Of a stretch of 58,385 nucleotides of DNA, positions 57,148-58,385 are shown piece by piece; positions within the stretch are counted from its first letter, which is position 1, and the number at the start of each line of letters is the position of its first letter. The DNA comes from Euryarchaeota archaeon UBA130. Its GTDB lineage: Archaea > Thermoplasmatota > Poseidoniia > Poseidoniales > Thalassarchaeaceae. Where the stretch lies: contig DAVY01000011.1 of assembly GCA_002505775.1 (NCBI GenBank), forward strand, positions 1 to 58,385, read 5' to 3'. The notes below the pieces were generated by a model that saw only the letters and a list, made by a program, of their open reading frames with translations, had not been told where the DNA came from and ran no database searches. Both the position numbers and the translations under genes were made by a program.

Positions 57148-58385
57148 TTACTGTAATGGATCACTAATGCTATTCGAAATAATCCCAACATCAAACTCTC
57201 CTGCGTGTATGGGCGTTCTAATTCCAAATGATTGAATCACCTCTGGTGAGACTTCCCCAAATTCCCCTATCTCATTATCACCGACAAACACCTTTGCCCC
57301 CCTTCCACCAATCCATGGTCCAGAATCATCCATAATGTCTCTGAACGAGACAGAGGAGTCATCGGCACCAAGATCCCTGAGTAGCGATTGGACAATACCC
57401 TTTGCAACTGAAAAACCCGCTCCCACTTCTGCGCAAGCCCAAGACACCCTGGACATATTTTCACCATCGTGAACCACCTCGCCGAGCTCATACACTTTTT
57501 GAGGAAGCTCATGATGCCTATTTGAAGCTAGAATATTCATCAATGAAGGAAATATAAATTGTCTGAGCAAAGTGTGGTCTACGCTTATAGGATTGGAAAT
57601 AGTGGTTACCTTGGAAATCGGACTCCAATTAGTCTTCTCAAATTGGTCTCTTTCATTGGAAAGTGTTAGACTTTGTATCTCCTGTAATCCAACACCCCTC
57701 ATGCTCATCCTGATCCTCCGATGTAGGTTTGAAGAGCCTAGAGGAGTCGAGTCAATATGTATGGATGATAGAACTTCTGGGAGGTTGCCGTAGCCATAAC
57801 CAATCGCTATATCCTCGACTATGTCAATAGGGTGCATTATGTCGCTACGCCAACGGGGCATTGAGAACACGTGTTCCCTTTCTCCGACAACACAGTCCGA
57901 CCATCTTTCATGTCTTTCCGATCCATCAGTAATCGTCCGCGACTCAATCAACTTCCCACCCATTCTGTTAATCGCTTCATTTATGCTTTCATCGCTCAGC
58001 TTTACACCCAGTATTTTCTCTATCAAACGATTCGGAACACGATGATTTCTATTCTCAAAATTTGGAGTTGTCCTTACCTTGCCATCCCAACCTGTAATCT
58101 CTACACTCTCTACTGCCCCACCAAGCTCGCTCAGAGACAGACAAACGAGAAGTAAGCATGCTTCGCAGGCCCTTTCATCGAATCCTGTGACATCGATGAA
58201 GAAGTCTGTTGTATCTTCGTTTACAGTGGTGCGAGCACCGTTAATTACGGGTGGAAAAGAAATGACCTCATCATTGGAATCCAGAATTATCGGAAAAGAA
58301 TCAAGCCCCTCCATAAGTGAGGAATACTCAATGCCCTTAGGGTGCGAAGATAGGATTTCTGATATGCTCATTTCCTTTTCTGAAG
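57148..58385 (-). CDS. pheT: Phenylalanine--tRNA ligase beta subunit (5' end outside the window)
   Basis: SFPPVING, FIDVTG, PRWRSDIMHPIDIVEDIAIGYGY, NPISVDHTLLR and PQKVYELGEV motifs; the frame stays open upstream to the window edge. Confidence 0.96.
   Translation of the reverse strand, partial: SEKEMSISEILSSHPKGIEYSSLMEGLDSFPIILDSNDEVISFPPVINGARTTVNEDTTDFFIDVTGFDERACEACLLLVCLSLSELGGAVESVEITGWDGKVRTTPNFENRNHRVPNRLIEKILGVKLSDESINEAINRMGGKLIESRTITDGSERHERWSDCVVGEREHVFSMPRWRSDIMHPIDIVEDIAIGYGYGNLPEVLSSIHIDSTPLGSSNLHRRIRMSMRGVGLQEIQSLTLSNERDQFEKTNWSPISKVTTISNPISVDHTLLRQFIFPSLMNILASNRHHELPQKVYELGEVVHDGENMSRVSWACAEVGAGFSVAKGIVQSLLRDLGADDSSVSFRDIMDDSGPWIGGRGAKVFVGDNEIGEFGEVSPEVIQSFGIRTPIHAGEFDVGIISNSISDPLQ

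Overview
Gene-dense archaeal chromosomal segment, most likely from a Marine Group II euryarchaeon (Ca. Poseidoniales). This assignment is inferred from archaeal-type carS, aglB, arcS, uS15, gltX and pheT, bacterial-type dnaJ and pirin, and many large acidic surface proteins. It holds 29 CDS (two truncated by the window edges) and one tRNA with a CAT anticodon, probably tRNA-Ile2. No CRISPR array, rRNA or mobile element was seen. The most notable part is the minus-strand block at 1-7065. It encodes a membrane-anchored multi-OB-fold protein directly followed by an orphan TctA-type permease (candidate DNA/polymer uptake module). Next comes a two-TM protein whose N- and C-terminal segments align by eye with eukaryotic CD36/SR-BI/LIMP-2 scavenger receptors, and then a lamin-tail + PhoX-like protein missed by the ORF track. 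Other highlights are a 3175-aa AglB oligosaccharyltransferase, a pyroglutamyl-peptidase/Nudix fusion, a CobW with a C-terminal SH3-like extension, a wHTH-STAND-TPR protein, a 1912-aa Ca-binding repeat protein with an inserted propeller, and a 13-bp motif shared by two divergent promoter regions. All family calls come from motif recognition by eye; no searches were run.
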